Sequence record: SRR20825006_1198 | Direction: 5' to 3' (one strand) | Length of the DNA: 33,839 nucleotides | In this document: positions 9,693 through 17,371 of the stretch, piece after piece | Layout: the number at the start of each line of letters is the position of its first letter | How positions within the stretch are numbered: position 1 is the first letter of the stretch | Translations under genes and position numbers: made by a program | The notes under the pieces: generated by a model | What the model was told of the DNA's origin: nothing | Databases searched by the model: none | Seen by the model: only the letters and a program-made list of their open reading frames with translations

Positions 9693-10136
9693 CTAAATGC
9701 CTCCAGTTAGTAGTAATGCAAATTTCACAAAGGATGGCCATCCTATAAGAACAGCCAATCCTTCATAAACTATCCAGGCGAAGAAAGCATAAGATGAGTT
9801 TAGGCGGATGCTTGTTTTCTGCTCTGGAGAAAGCTCTCTGGAGTTATTTAATAAACCGTCATCTAGCAGGTCATGAATCTTTTCTAACGCTTCAACGGCT
9901 GAATCTTGCACACTATCAAGCTTTACAGACTTGGTGATGTCATAGATTTTCTCAGCCTTCTCGCGAAGTAAAGCGTCCTTTTCGTTAGGAATAATGGAAA
10001 CGTCAGAGATGCCACGGAATATAGATCCAATGATAGCGCGAGGCTTTTTTAGAGGCAGTAATTCGTTGAGTCTTTGCCCAACTTTGTTTTTTCCTAAAAT
10101 GGTTCGGATGATCGGCCAGTTTCTAATAGGTTTCAT
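9693..10136 (-). CDS. Membrane protein of the lysis cassette
   Basis: C-terminal hydrophobic segments (YAFFAWIVYEGLAVLIGW...); overlaps the holin gene. Confidence 0.55.
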   Translation of the reverse strand: MKPIRNWPIIRTILGKNKVGQRLNELLPLKKPRAIIGSIFRGISDVSIIPNEKDALLREKAEKIYDITKSVKLDSVQDSAVEALEKIHDLLDDGLLNNSRELSPEQKTSIRLNSSYAFFAWIVYEGLAVLIGWPSFVKFALLLTGGI

Positions 10137-10338
10137 TTTTTGCCTTTTCTCTTTTTAAAACTTCATCTTTAATTTTACCGTCCTTAACACGGTTTATAAC
10201 GCCTACCACTACAAATGCAATGGTGCAAACTGTTAGCAGCGAAGCGAGTGCAAACGAGATAATCTCGTGAATTGATAAACTCACCATCCAGGCAAGACCA
10301 GTTGAAATAATCGCTATGAAATTCTTTGTCCAATCCAT
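10123..10338 (-). CDS. Putative holin
   Basis: 71 aa, hydrophobic N-terminal two-thirds and charged C-terminal tail; coupled (TAATG) to the DUF5675 gene. Confidence 0.65.
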   Translation of the reverse strand: MDWTKNFIAIISTGLAWMVSLSIHEIISFALASLLTVCTIAFVVVGVINRVKDGKIKDEVLKREKAKNETY

Positions 10339-10790
10339 TATGCTACCGTATACATCGTTTGCTTTTTCTCGTGATCTACAATTTCTAATTCACTTTCGTC
10401 TGGGAGAAGGTGCAGCATCTCGTCTAGCGCATTTCTACTGTTTTTTACATCAATAGCGTTATCGCTGTCCACATAACCAAAATTTCTGCCGACTACTATG
10501 CAGCCTTCAGTGTCTTTAAATAGGTTGCCTGCATGTATCAAAATCATCGTACGGCCATGCACATCTTTCACATGAAAATGCCAACCGTATTGAGGGGATT
10601 GGCGTTTTACAATCGCATATTTACCACGTCGGATACAGCTAATGAACCGCAAATTGAATAGATCACTAGGCTCAATACAGCTCATATCAAGCGCTGACTT
10701 ACCATTCACATACACACTAAACACGCCTAAAGTGGCATTACCAGTGTCGCGTAAGCGCATTAAAATCGATTTGAATTTCTTAGTTGCCAT
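10338..10790 (-). CDS. DUF5675 family protein, putative endolysin
   Basis: Motifs T-L-G, SCI..GKY and GRTMILIHAGN...DTEGCIVVG typical of DUF5675; next to the holin. Confidence 0.75.
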   Translation of the reverse strand: MATKKFKSILMRLRDTGNATLGVFSVYVNGKSALDMSCIEPSDLFNLRFISCIRRGKYAIVKRQSPQYGWHFHVKDVHGRTMILIHAGNLFKDTEGCIVVGRNFGYVDSDNAIDVKNSRNALDEMLHLLPDESELEIVDHEKKQTMYTVA

Positions 10791-11187
10791 ATTGCTTCAC
10801 GCGGTTTTTGCTCAACACAAGTTCATTTACAATTACATTATCGTGCCCAAGTTTAGCGGGGTATTGCTCACCAGACTCAAACACCCATTTTGCATTTACT
10901 AACAGCAGGGCTAAAAACTCATCGCCTAAACGCTCGGCGAGTGTGTAATCGCTGTAATCAGTGTCCGAGTCGTTCGCTTCTACATAAATATGGCAAACGT
11001 ACTTGTGGTTCTGGTTGTAGCGGTTACGACGTATAGTCGTCGCTTCATTCTCGCCAGCTGGCAATTCACGGCTACCACAATAAAACAATGGGTATTCGTC
11101 CGCCTCACGGAATGGCCTGGCTGTTGCTTTGGTAATGTCAGTTACGCCAGCGGCTGCGGTTAATATTTCAGCTACGTTGCTTTGCAT
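10780..11187 (-). CDS. Putative tail terminator/completion protein
   Basis: 135 aa, follows the HK97 gp10-like gene; assignment by position. Confidence 0.5.
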   Translation of the reverse strand: MQSNVAEILTAAAGVTDITKATARPFREADEYPLFYCGSRELPAGENEATTIRRNRYNQNHKYVCHIYVEANDSDTDYSDYTLAERLGDEFLALLLVNAKWVFESGEQYPAKLGHDNVIVNELVLSKNRVKQYGN

Positions 11188-11654
11188 TACGCTGCCGCCT
11201 TTTCTACAGCTTGGCCAATACGGGCTCCAAGTCTATTGATGTGCGCTCGCATTGCTACGGCTAAAAATGGCTTCGCTTTAGTGCCTACTGTGGCAATCTT
11301 CTTACGGATGAACCAAGTGGCTGTATCTGCCTCTTTACCTTTTAAGCCCAGCTTTTTTAATACCCACTTTCTAATTGGCTTTACTGGAGCCCAGTGTGGT
11401 TTAGTGCCTTCATGCACGTAAACGGCATATTTAAGGTTGGTACCAAACTGCAGGCGAAAGTTGTCTTTTTGTTTAGAAACTTCGCTTTGCACACTCTTCA
11501 TTAGCTCGCCATCAACATTGATGTTTTTGCGCTCCAGATAGTCTACTGCAGTAGCAACTAGATCCTGCCCAAAATTCTCCAATTCCATTTCAATCGCAGC
11601 TTGAATCTTCTTGCGATCGCCGGGCATGTTGATATTTGAGGTCTTCTTAATCAC
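11187..11654 (-). CDS. HK97 gp10-family neck/tail-completion protein
   Basis: YAVYVHEGTKPH...GTKAKPFL signature. Confidence 0.85.
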   Translation of the reverse strand: MIKKTSNINMPGDRKKIQAAIEMELENFGQDLVATAVDYLERKNINVDGELMKSVQSEVSKQKDNFRLQFGTNLKYAVYVHEGTKPHWAPVKPIRKWVLKKLGLKGKEADTATWFIRKKIATVGTKAKPFLAVAMRAHINRLGARIGQAVEKAAA

Positions 11655-12100
11655 GTTGTAGGATCTGCAAAGTTGGTAGATGCTAGCATGCTAAAGCCAG
11701 CCGAGTCAAACGAATCGGGATCTGCTGCTAAATCAGGGATCAAAACATCAATGAGTTCAAAAGCTTGCTTCTTTAGCTCTTCGCTGTAGGTTCGCAATTC
11801 ACGAAAACTCATAAGCTCTTCACTCGTTTCACCAGGTATGCCGATAATCTTGCTTAATCCACCTAACTCACTAAAGCGCATGTTTAGTTGAGGAAGAGCA
11901 GAAGCGAGAGCGTACAGGCTTTCTGATTGTTTAACGAGGTCGTAATTAGTGGTTTCTGCGGTTAGCGCCTCATACACATCATCACTGATCCAACCGCGCA
12001 GTTGTTTCTCTGCACGGTTAGCAAACTTTACGGCCTTGTCTGCAATTTTGCTTTTCACAAAACCGTATTCTTGGATGCTATCTGAATCAGCTAATGGCAT
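11651..12100 (-). CDS. Putative head-tail connector/adaptor
   Basis: 149 aa, helical; assignment by position. Confidence 0.5.
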   Translation of the reverse strand: MPLADSDSIQEYGFVKSKIADKAVKFANRAEKQLRGWISDDVYEALTAETTNYDLVKQSESLYALASALPQLNMRFSELGGLSKIIGIPGETSEELMSFRELRTYSEELKKQAFELIDVLIPDLAADPDSFDSAGFSMLASTNFADPTT

Positions 12101-12103
12101 GGT

Positions 12104-12409
12104 TTACTTCTTTGGAGCGGCTTCTTCAGTACCAGTTCTAGCAGAGCCAGATGGAGCGATTGCTTCAATAAGCGCTTCCAGTTTCGAAAGGCGAGCTTCA
12201 AGAGCTTCGATCTGTTCGTTCTGGTTTTTGTCAGCTTCAGTTTCTTTAGTGAGCTTTTTAACGCCACTTTCGAAATAAGCTTTATGGCGCTCAATTAAAC
12301 CGTCATAAGTCTTTTTGTCGATTACTTGCCCTTTGGTAGCAATCACATTGCCTTTAGCATCTTTAAGGCTATTCTTTTTGGTCAGTGTGTATTTTGATGA
12401 TTCAGCCAT
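12104..12409 (-). CDS. Hypothetical head-region protein
   Basis: 101 aa, charged with a coiled-coil C-terminus; typical post-capsid small gene. Confidence 0.6.
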   Translation of the reverse strand: MAESSKYTLTKKNSLKDAKGNVIATKGQVIDKKTYDGLIERHKAYFESGVKKLTKETEADKNQNEQIEALEARLSKLEALIEAIAPSGSARTGTEEAAPKK

Positions 12410-12446
12410 TGTTTTGGTATTAAATGAAAATTGTAGGGAGCGGATG

Positions 12447-12477
12447 CCAGGAAGGCTTAAATACTAAACCTTCCTGG
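12447..12477 (-). terminator. Stem-loop downstream of the signal-peptide gene
   Basis: CCAGGAAGG-N13-CCTTCCTGG, perfect 9-bp stem extendable with G-U pairs; no immediate U-tract. Confidence 0.45.
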
Positions 12478-12502
12478 GCTTACTGGGTTTAATTCGATTA
12501 AT

Positions 12503-13042
12503 CTAGGTTCGTCTGTTTTCAACCAATGCAGCACCTCTAGGAGGGGCACCTGCATTTTTAGGGAGGTAGACGCTCCAGGTAAGGGTATTTTTTGGGTTGC
12601 CAGATTGGCCATCAAAGTGTAACCGAACCCAAATAGTGCCTTTAAATTCGATAATGGCGACACCGCCAATCGTGCTTAGTGTATCTATAGTGGTTCCAGA
12701 TCCTAATGCATCTTTTACTGGAGTGGAAATTGCCGTCCAACTTAATCGGTCCTGGCTAAACTCCGCATAAACATTAATATCTTCCGTTCCCGCTACATTG
12801 GGAAGCGTTAGCTGCAGTAAACCTATACTTTGATTAGCCTCGCCTAGTAGCAATGCTTGGGTGTAATGGCTTGCAATGGAATCTCCATCAGCAGTCATAT
12901 CAACGTTACCGGAATAACGCACATAAGAGGCACCTTCAGTGGGTGCTGCAGTAGTGTTGTAGGTTTGCGCAATCGCACTACTAAATAGAGCCGTAAGCAG
13001 CATCACAAAGAACGTCAAGAATGTATTTTTGAAACTTTTCAT
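12503..13042 (-). CDS. Beta-sandwich protein with a Sec signal peptide
   Basis: MKSFKNTFLTFFVMLLTALFSSAIA|QTY: basic N-region, hydrophobic core, A-I-A cleavage site. Confidence 0.8.
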   Translation of the reverse strand: MKSFKNTFLTFFVMLLTALFSSAIAQTYNTTAAPTEGASYVRYSGNVDMTADGDSIASHYTQALLLGEANQSIGLLQLTLPNVAGTEDINVYAEFSQDRLSWTAISTPVKDALGSGTTIDTLSTIGGVAIIEFKGTIWVRLHFDGQSGNPKNTLTWSVYLPKNAGAPPRGAALVENRRT

Positions 13043-13067
13043 AATAAAATGGGTGTTGTTAAATGTT

Positions 13068-13108
13068 AAAAAGGGTGCCTGAATCAGGGAAGGACTCCTG
13101 ACTCAGGC
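13068..13108 (-). terminator. Probable intrinsic terminator after the major capsid gene
   Basis: GCCTGAGTCAGG-N8-CCTGATTCAGGC stem followed by ACCCTTTTT. Confidence 0.6.
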
Positions 13109-13136
13109 GGGGCGAGTGCTCCTGGGTAAGGAAGCG

Positions 13137-14084
13137 TTAAGCTTTTTCGCTCAGGGCGATAGGCTCACCAAACACAAATCCAAAATCGAGATCCGTGATA
13201 ATGGTTAGCTTAATGATCTGCTGTCGCGCATCAATTTCGCGGAACATTTTCATGTTGCGACCAAAGCCAACTACGATGTTGCTGTAGTTGCTTGTTACAA
13301 TAGTGTTGTCAGGCATTCCTGGCACTTCCACTAACTTCACTTTCTTATGGCGGGTAATGTCAGAACTACCAACAATCGCAGCATCACCTGCAGTTGTTTG
13401 GCGAGCTCCAAGCTCATCTTCGTAAGCATCCATGATAGTCATAGGCACAAAGTGGCGAATCATTGAGCGATCACGTCTGTATTTAGACGGGATCGAAGCT
13501 AGCGTTTTGCTAAACTCTGATCCTGCTGCAGCAAACACTGGGCTAGCCGCCATTACCACATCGTTCACATTTGCATCAGCTCTAGCTCGCTTCAAAACAC
13601 CATCAGCGATATTCAAGAGGCGATTTTCAGCGGTTGAATCATCGAGATCAACATCTCCATTCATTAACAAGTCGGCAACATCTAAGCCAGCAGCTTTCGC
13701 TAATGCAGCATTAAGTTGCTCTTCGCCAACATTTTCGCCAGCTACATTCTTACGTAACCAATCGAAACTAATGTTAGTAGCGATAAATGCTTTTTTAGGG
13801 TTCAGCGTCAAACGCGGCATAGTTGGGACAACTATCGTATTTGAATCTGGATTAGATCCCGTGGCTGGTGCTTTCTGCATTACAGGCCCACCAAACTCTA
13901 ATCCGTCAATGGTACGCTCGTTAATAATGTCCGATTCTACACGCACATTCTGCAAAAACTCATTGCTTCCCTGCATCAGGTTAACAAATTGAGCTACATT
14001 CTCGGGTGATACTTGGCCTCCAGTAGCGGTATCGATGTTCGCTTTCTGGACTAGCGCAATCAGTTCTTCATTTGATAATGACAT
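13137..14084 (-). CDS. Major capsid protein (PBSX XkdG / P2-like, HK97 fold)
   Basis: TGGQVSPE..QF, RLTLNPKK, WLRKN and LLMNGD motifs; follows the protease gene. Confidence 0.88.
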   Translation of the reverse strand: MSLSNEELIALVQKANIDTATGGQVSPENVAQFVNLMQGSNEFLQNVRVESDIINERTIDGLEFGGPVMQKAPATGSNPDSNTIVVPTMPRLTLNPKKAFIATNISFDWLRKNVAGENVGEEQLNAALAKAAGLDVADLLMNGDVDLDDSTAENRLLNIADGVLKRARADANVNDVVMAASPVFAAAGSEFSKTLASIPSKYRRDRSMIRHFVPMTIMDAYEDELGARQTTAGDAAIVGSSDITRHKKVKLVEVPGMPDNTIVTSNYSNIVVGFGRNMKMFREIDARQQIIKLTIITDLDFGFVFGEPIALSEKA

Positions 14085-14120
14085 GGCTTTCTTTATTTGG
14101 TTTAAATTCTTATTGAGCGA

Positions 14121-15194
14121 CTAGGAAAGGATTCCTAGAGGCGCTTTTGGATTGCTCTTTTGCACTTCCTCTTCGCCTGCGTCATCACCTGACTGGCGAG
14201 CTGGTGCCGCTTTCTCAAGCGATGCCACTTTCTCAGTAAGCGCAGTAATGCTAGCGCCAGTAGTCTTCATGAATTCCTTCATGGTTTCCTCTAGCGTAGG
14301 TTCAGTGTTTTCTGCGGCCTTTTTCGCTTCTTCTTTTTCAGCAAGAGCTTTGGCGGCAGCTTCATCAGCTTTTTTGGTTTCTTCTGTAGTCATTTCGCTT
14401 TCTTTTTTTGTTGGGGTTCCGCCAAACTCAAGTTTGGAGATGTAGGCTGAAAACTGACTTACCGCGTTGGTAATAGCCGCTTTCTTATCTGTGATTTCAG
14501 AATCGTTAAGTACGGAGGTAAACTCTTCCTCCAGCGCCCATACACTTTGGCGCATTTCTTTAGCACTGATTCGTGCATTAAAATCTTTCTCAATAGCTTC
14601 GTCAGCTGTAGAAGGATTGTTTTTAAATATCTTTTTCAGAGTGTCGCTAAACTTGGTCATAATTAATTCGATTGTTTTTTCAAGTGAATCTTCGTCTTCC
14701 ACTACCTCAGTATTCGCCTTCCCTGCTAGTGATATACCCTTTAACTCGCCATTCTTTACCGCTTCCCATGTGTCAGGATCAGTAACTTTAATAACCACAG
14801 CCCAAGCGCCTTCTTTTTCGCCTGGGAACTTAGAATCGCTTTTGCCAAGGATGTAACTTTCCACAACCACGCCGTCGTCTGGCATGTTATCGTGCTGGGT
14901 GTCTACATTTGAAGTGCGGGCTTTAGTTAAGAAGTGGTGAGCGGCCTTCTTTAACTCATCAATAGCCATAGCATCGCCGTAAGTGTCAGCTTCCTCGGGT
15001 GCATATACAATGCCGTAAACAAGCTGCTCTTCCTCAACTACCTTGTGGATTTGAATTTGGGCGTTAAAATCCGGGCTGAATCCTTCAATTGCCCTGTACA
15101 CGAACTCCCGGCGATTAGCCGCATCGTTAACCAGGCTAATGAATTGAACATCAACGTTCTTTAAATATCGTTTGATTTGGGGTTTTTTGGACAT
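14121..15194 (-). CDS. XkdF-like prohead protease with C-terminal scaffold
   Basis: ISLVNDAAN, LVYGIVYAPE..DTYGD, DTQH, VESY and GELKGISLAG motifs; charged helical C-terminus. Confidence 0.88.
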   Translation of the reverse strand: MSKKPQIKRYLKNVDVQFISLVNDAANRREFVYRAIEGFSPDFNAQIQIHKVVEEEQLVYGIVYAPEEADTYGDAMAIDELKKAAHHFLTKARTSNVDTQHDNMPDDGVVVESYILGKSDSKFPGEKEGAWAVVIKVTDPDTWEAVKNGELKGISLAGKANTEVVEDEDSLEKTIELIMTKFSDTLKKIFKNNPSTADEAIEKDFNARISAKEMRQSVWALEEEFTSVLNDSEITDKKAAITNAVSQFSAYISKLEFGGTPTKKESEMTTEETKKADEAAAKALAEKEEAKKAAENTEPTLEETMKEFMKTTGASITALTEKVASLEKAAPARQSGDDAGEEEVQKSNPKAPLGILS

Positions 15195-15216
15195 CCTTTG
15201 TGCATTTGTTTACACA

Positions 15217-15254
15217 AAGGTCGTTACCTGCGCAGTAGCATAACAGGTTAAGAA
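15217..15254 (-). promoter_or_regulatory. Late promoter / activator-binding site, copy 1 (upstream of protease-capsid genes)
   Basis: 38-bp ungapped match to 20685-20722 with an identical 19-bp core TTCTTAACCTGTTATGCTA. Confidence 0.75.
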
Positions 15255-15260
15255 TGATGA

Positions 15261-16913
15261 CTATTCTATAATTGTAGGAAGGAGAGGTTGACCTTTAGGT
15301 GAGATTCTATTTTGAAAACGATCTATACGAGCCATCATTAATTCACGCTCTTCACCTTTTAACTCTTTCAGAGTTTGGCGCAGCTTCTCCCTTTCGGTTA
15401 CCGCTTGCTTAAATGATATGCGTTTAGATTTTTCCAATATTTCTTCGAATCCTGTTTGCTTTAGATAAATATACCATTTGTTTTTCACTTTTTCACTTTT
15501 CATCACATCGAAGAATGTACCTGGTCTAAATAGGAACTCTTCTTCTTTAGGAACATCAGACAGATGCTTAATTCCAATGCCATTGCCTTCAAAAATAAAC
15601 TCAGCTGAGCCAACAAAAGGAATATTTCCTGAAGTAGAAGCAAAACCGGGCCATTGTATTTTTTTAGCTGATGTATAGGCTTTAATCTGAGCGGCAGTTA
15701 AATCAGCACCTCGAAAAAAAGTACCCTTAGTGGGTTTTATTTTCGCCAAACCCGCATCTATTACACCAGCGTATGACTTCTCAAAGGGTGTTAATTTAAG
15801 GTTGTTATACATATTATAATTCACACCAAAATGAAGATGTTTAGTATAACCCCATATCGATACATTCTCATCAAATCGTAAACGACGGTCTACTGGCGCA
15901 TCATCACCAAGCTTACGATACTCATCATAAATCTTTTTATACTCGGTATTTTGGTGAAGCTGCTTTACATTTTTTTCATAGGCGACTTGCTGTTCTATAG
16001 CAGCGGCAGAAGCTTTTACTGTTCGAGATCTGCAATTGAAATGATAGGGCGGCAGGCTCATTCCTGAAGGCAACGACTTAGAAGGCTTCGCTGCCATCTT
16101 ATCAGGCTTCATCCAGGGCGCAATTGCTTTTACTTCTTCCGGTGTTTTTGCAGCAATTAGTTGGTCGCGTAGCTCAACCGCTTTCTTAACACTAATTACG
16201 CGGTTGTGCATGTGGCGGCAAATCTCAGTAGTACGCCGATCTACTACTGCTTTAACTTGTAACCAATCAATTCCAGCACGTACATATCGCTCGGTATTAC
16301 CAAACTCACGCGAGCGAGTTACCACGTGGTTAGAGAAGCCTTGCCAGTAGCGCCAGCTCAAGCTGTTGTACTTCTTAGCAAATTCATCTTCAAAAAGCTT
16401 ACCAGCTTCAGCACGGCCTAAACCTTCTGTAATGATCTTAGTACCAAATTCAGTTACTTTTTCCTGCAGCTGATTCTCGAAGAAATGTTTTACCCAGTAA
16501 ACATTATGTTCCTGCAGGTAGCGGATTGCTTTAGTGTCTATTACATTGAACGAGGGCTTAATACCTACTTTACCCGCTAACCCAGTGGCGTAGGTGTTTA
16601 GTATTATCTCATCGATATTAGCAGCTATATCGCCCGCAAACTTATCGCCAAGCAAAACGCGAAGCGAGCTCACCATCTCATCTAGATCATTTTGAGTAAA
16701 GAGATCCAAGCTATCAGAACGATTAGCCAGGGCACGGATTACATTATCGATCGATTCTTTTTCGGCAGCGTTCCAGCCATGCAGCAGTACATCTTGAAGC
16801 TCTGCCGCTAGCTTATCAAACGGATCGCCTTTTATCACCGCTTCTAACTTGCGGATCTCTACCAAAAACTTACGCCTGGCAAACACGGTTGCTTTTTGAA
16901 TGGTGTTAATCAT
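15261..16913 (-). CDS. MuF (SPP1 gp7-like) minor head protein fused to an ADP-ribosyltransferase toxin domain
   Basis: MuF motifs DRRTTEIC and PPYHFNCRS; ART R-S-E motifs FFRG, FASTS and EEEFLF. Start placed at ATG 16913 (TAATG coupling) rather than 16955. Confidence 0.88.
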   Translation of the reverse strand: MINTIQKATVFARRKFLVEIRKLEAVIKGDPFDKLAAELQDVLLHGWNAAEKESIDNVIRALANRSDSLDLFTQNDLDEMVSSLRVLLGDKFAGDIAANIDEIILNTYATGLAGKVGIKPSFNVIDTKAIRYLQEHNVYWVKHFFENQLQEKVTEFGTKIITEGLGRAEAGKLFEDEFAKKYNSLSWRYWQGFSNHVVTRSREFGNTERYVRAGIDWLQVKAVVDRRTTEICRHMHNRVISVKKAVELRDQLIAAKTPEEVKAIAPWMKPDKMAAKPSKSLPSGMSLPPYHFNCRSRTVKASAAAIEQQVAYEKNVKQLHQNTEYKKIYDEYRKLGDDAPVDRRLRFDENVSIWGYTKHLHFGVNYNMYNNLKLTPFEKSYAGVIDAGLAKIKPTKGTFFRGADLTAAQIKAYTSAKKIQWPGFASTSGNIPFVGSAEFIFEGNGIGIKHLSDVPKEEEFLFRPGTFFDVMKSEKVKNKWYIYLKQTGFEEILEKSKRISFKQAVTEREKLRQTLKELKGEERELMMARIDRFQNRISPKGQPLLPTIIE

Positions 16914-17257
16914 TAGGTATTTGGCTTTTTTAATTCGCCTTGAACTAGCTTCCAAACACCAGGGGTTAAAATTGTTTTACCGGCGGAGGTAAATATTAGC
17001 ATTGATGCACAAATCTCTTTTAGATTGTTAGCATATCGGTATGTACTGATTTCCACACCTTTCTTGGAAAGCTCTAATTGCCAATACTCACTGTTATAAT
17101 AATAAGCTTCAATCTTCCAATCGCCCGCTACAAGATTAAAGTTTACCTCGTCTTTTTTTGCATCACCTTTGAAGTACAATTGAAGTAATATCCAAATCGC
17201 TCGGAATATTGATTCTATATCAGCTAATGATTTACTATTAATTTCGTCTTTACCCAT
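16913..17257 (-). CDS. Hypothetical AT-rich protein coupled to MuF-ART; candidate immunity protein
   Basis: 114 aa; its stop overlaps the MuF start (TAATG); inserted between portal and MuF. Confidence 0.6.
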   Translation of the reverse strand: MGKDEINSKSLADIESIFRAIWILLQLYFKGDAKKDEVNFNLVAGDWKIEAYYYNSEYWQLELSKKGVEISTYRYANNLKEICASMLIFTSAGKTILTPGVWKLVQGELKKPNT

Positions 17258-17281
17258 AATTCAACATTTAAAATTCAGCAT

Positions 17282-17371
17282 TCATAATTCCACGCTCAAG
17301 AGCGTGGCTTGCTTCGTTCGTACTCCGTTCGTTTTCGTTTTTAAGCGCTTCAAAACCGAAACACGACACAT
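17282..17371 (-). CDS. Possible 29-aa basic peptide coupled to the portal stop
   Basis: TAATG overlap; MCRVSVLKRLKTKTNGVRTKQATLLSVEL*. Confidence 0.25.
   Translation of the reverse strand: MCRVSVLKRLKTKTNGVRTKQATLLSVEL
17290..17307. repeat. Perfect inverted repeat CCACGCTC-AA-GAGCGTGG
   Basis: 8-bp arms with a 2-nt spacer, between the portal and the 114-aa gene. Confidence 0.7.

Noticed and set aside
16914-16955. Track start of MuF at 16955
   Set aside because: It overlaps the upstream gene by 43 bp; the ATG at 16913 with TAATG coupling is more plausible.
17092-17100. Perfect extended -10 (TGTTATAAT) on the + strand, suggesting an antisense RNA
   Set aside because: It lies in an AT-rich coding region where chance matches are likely, and there is no other support.
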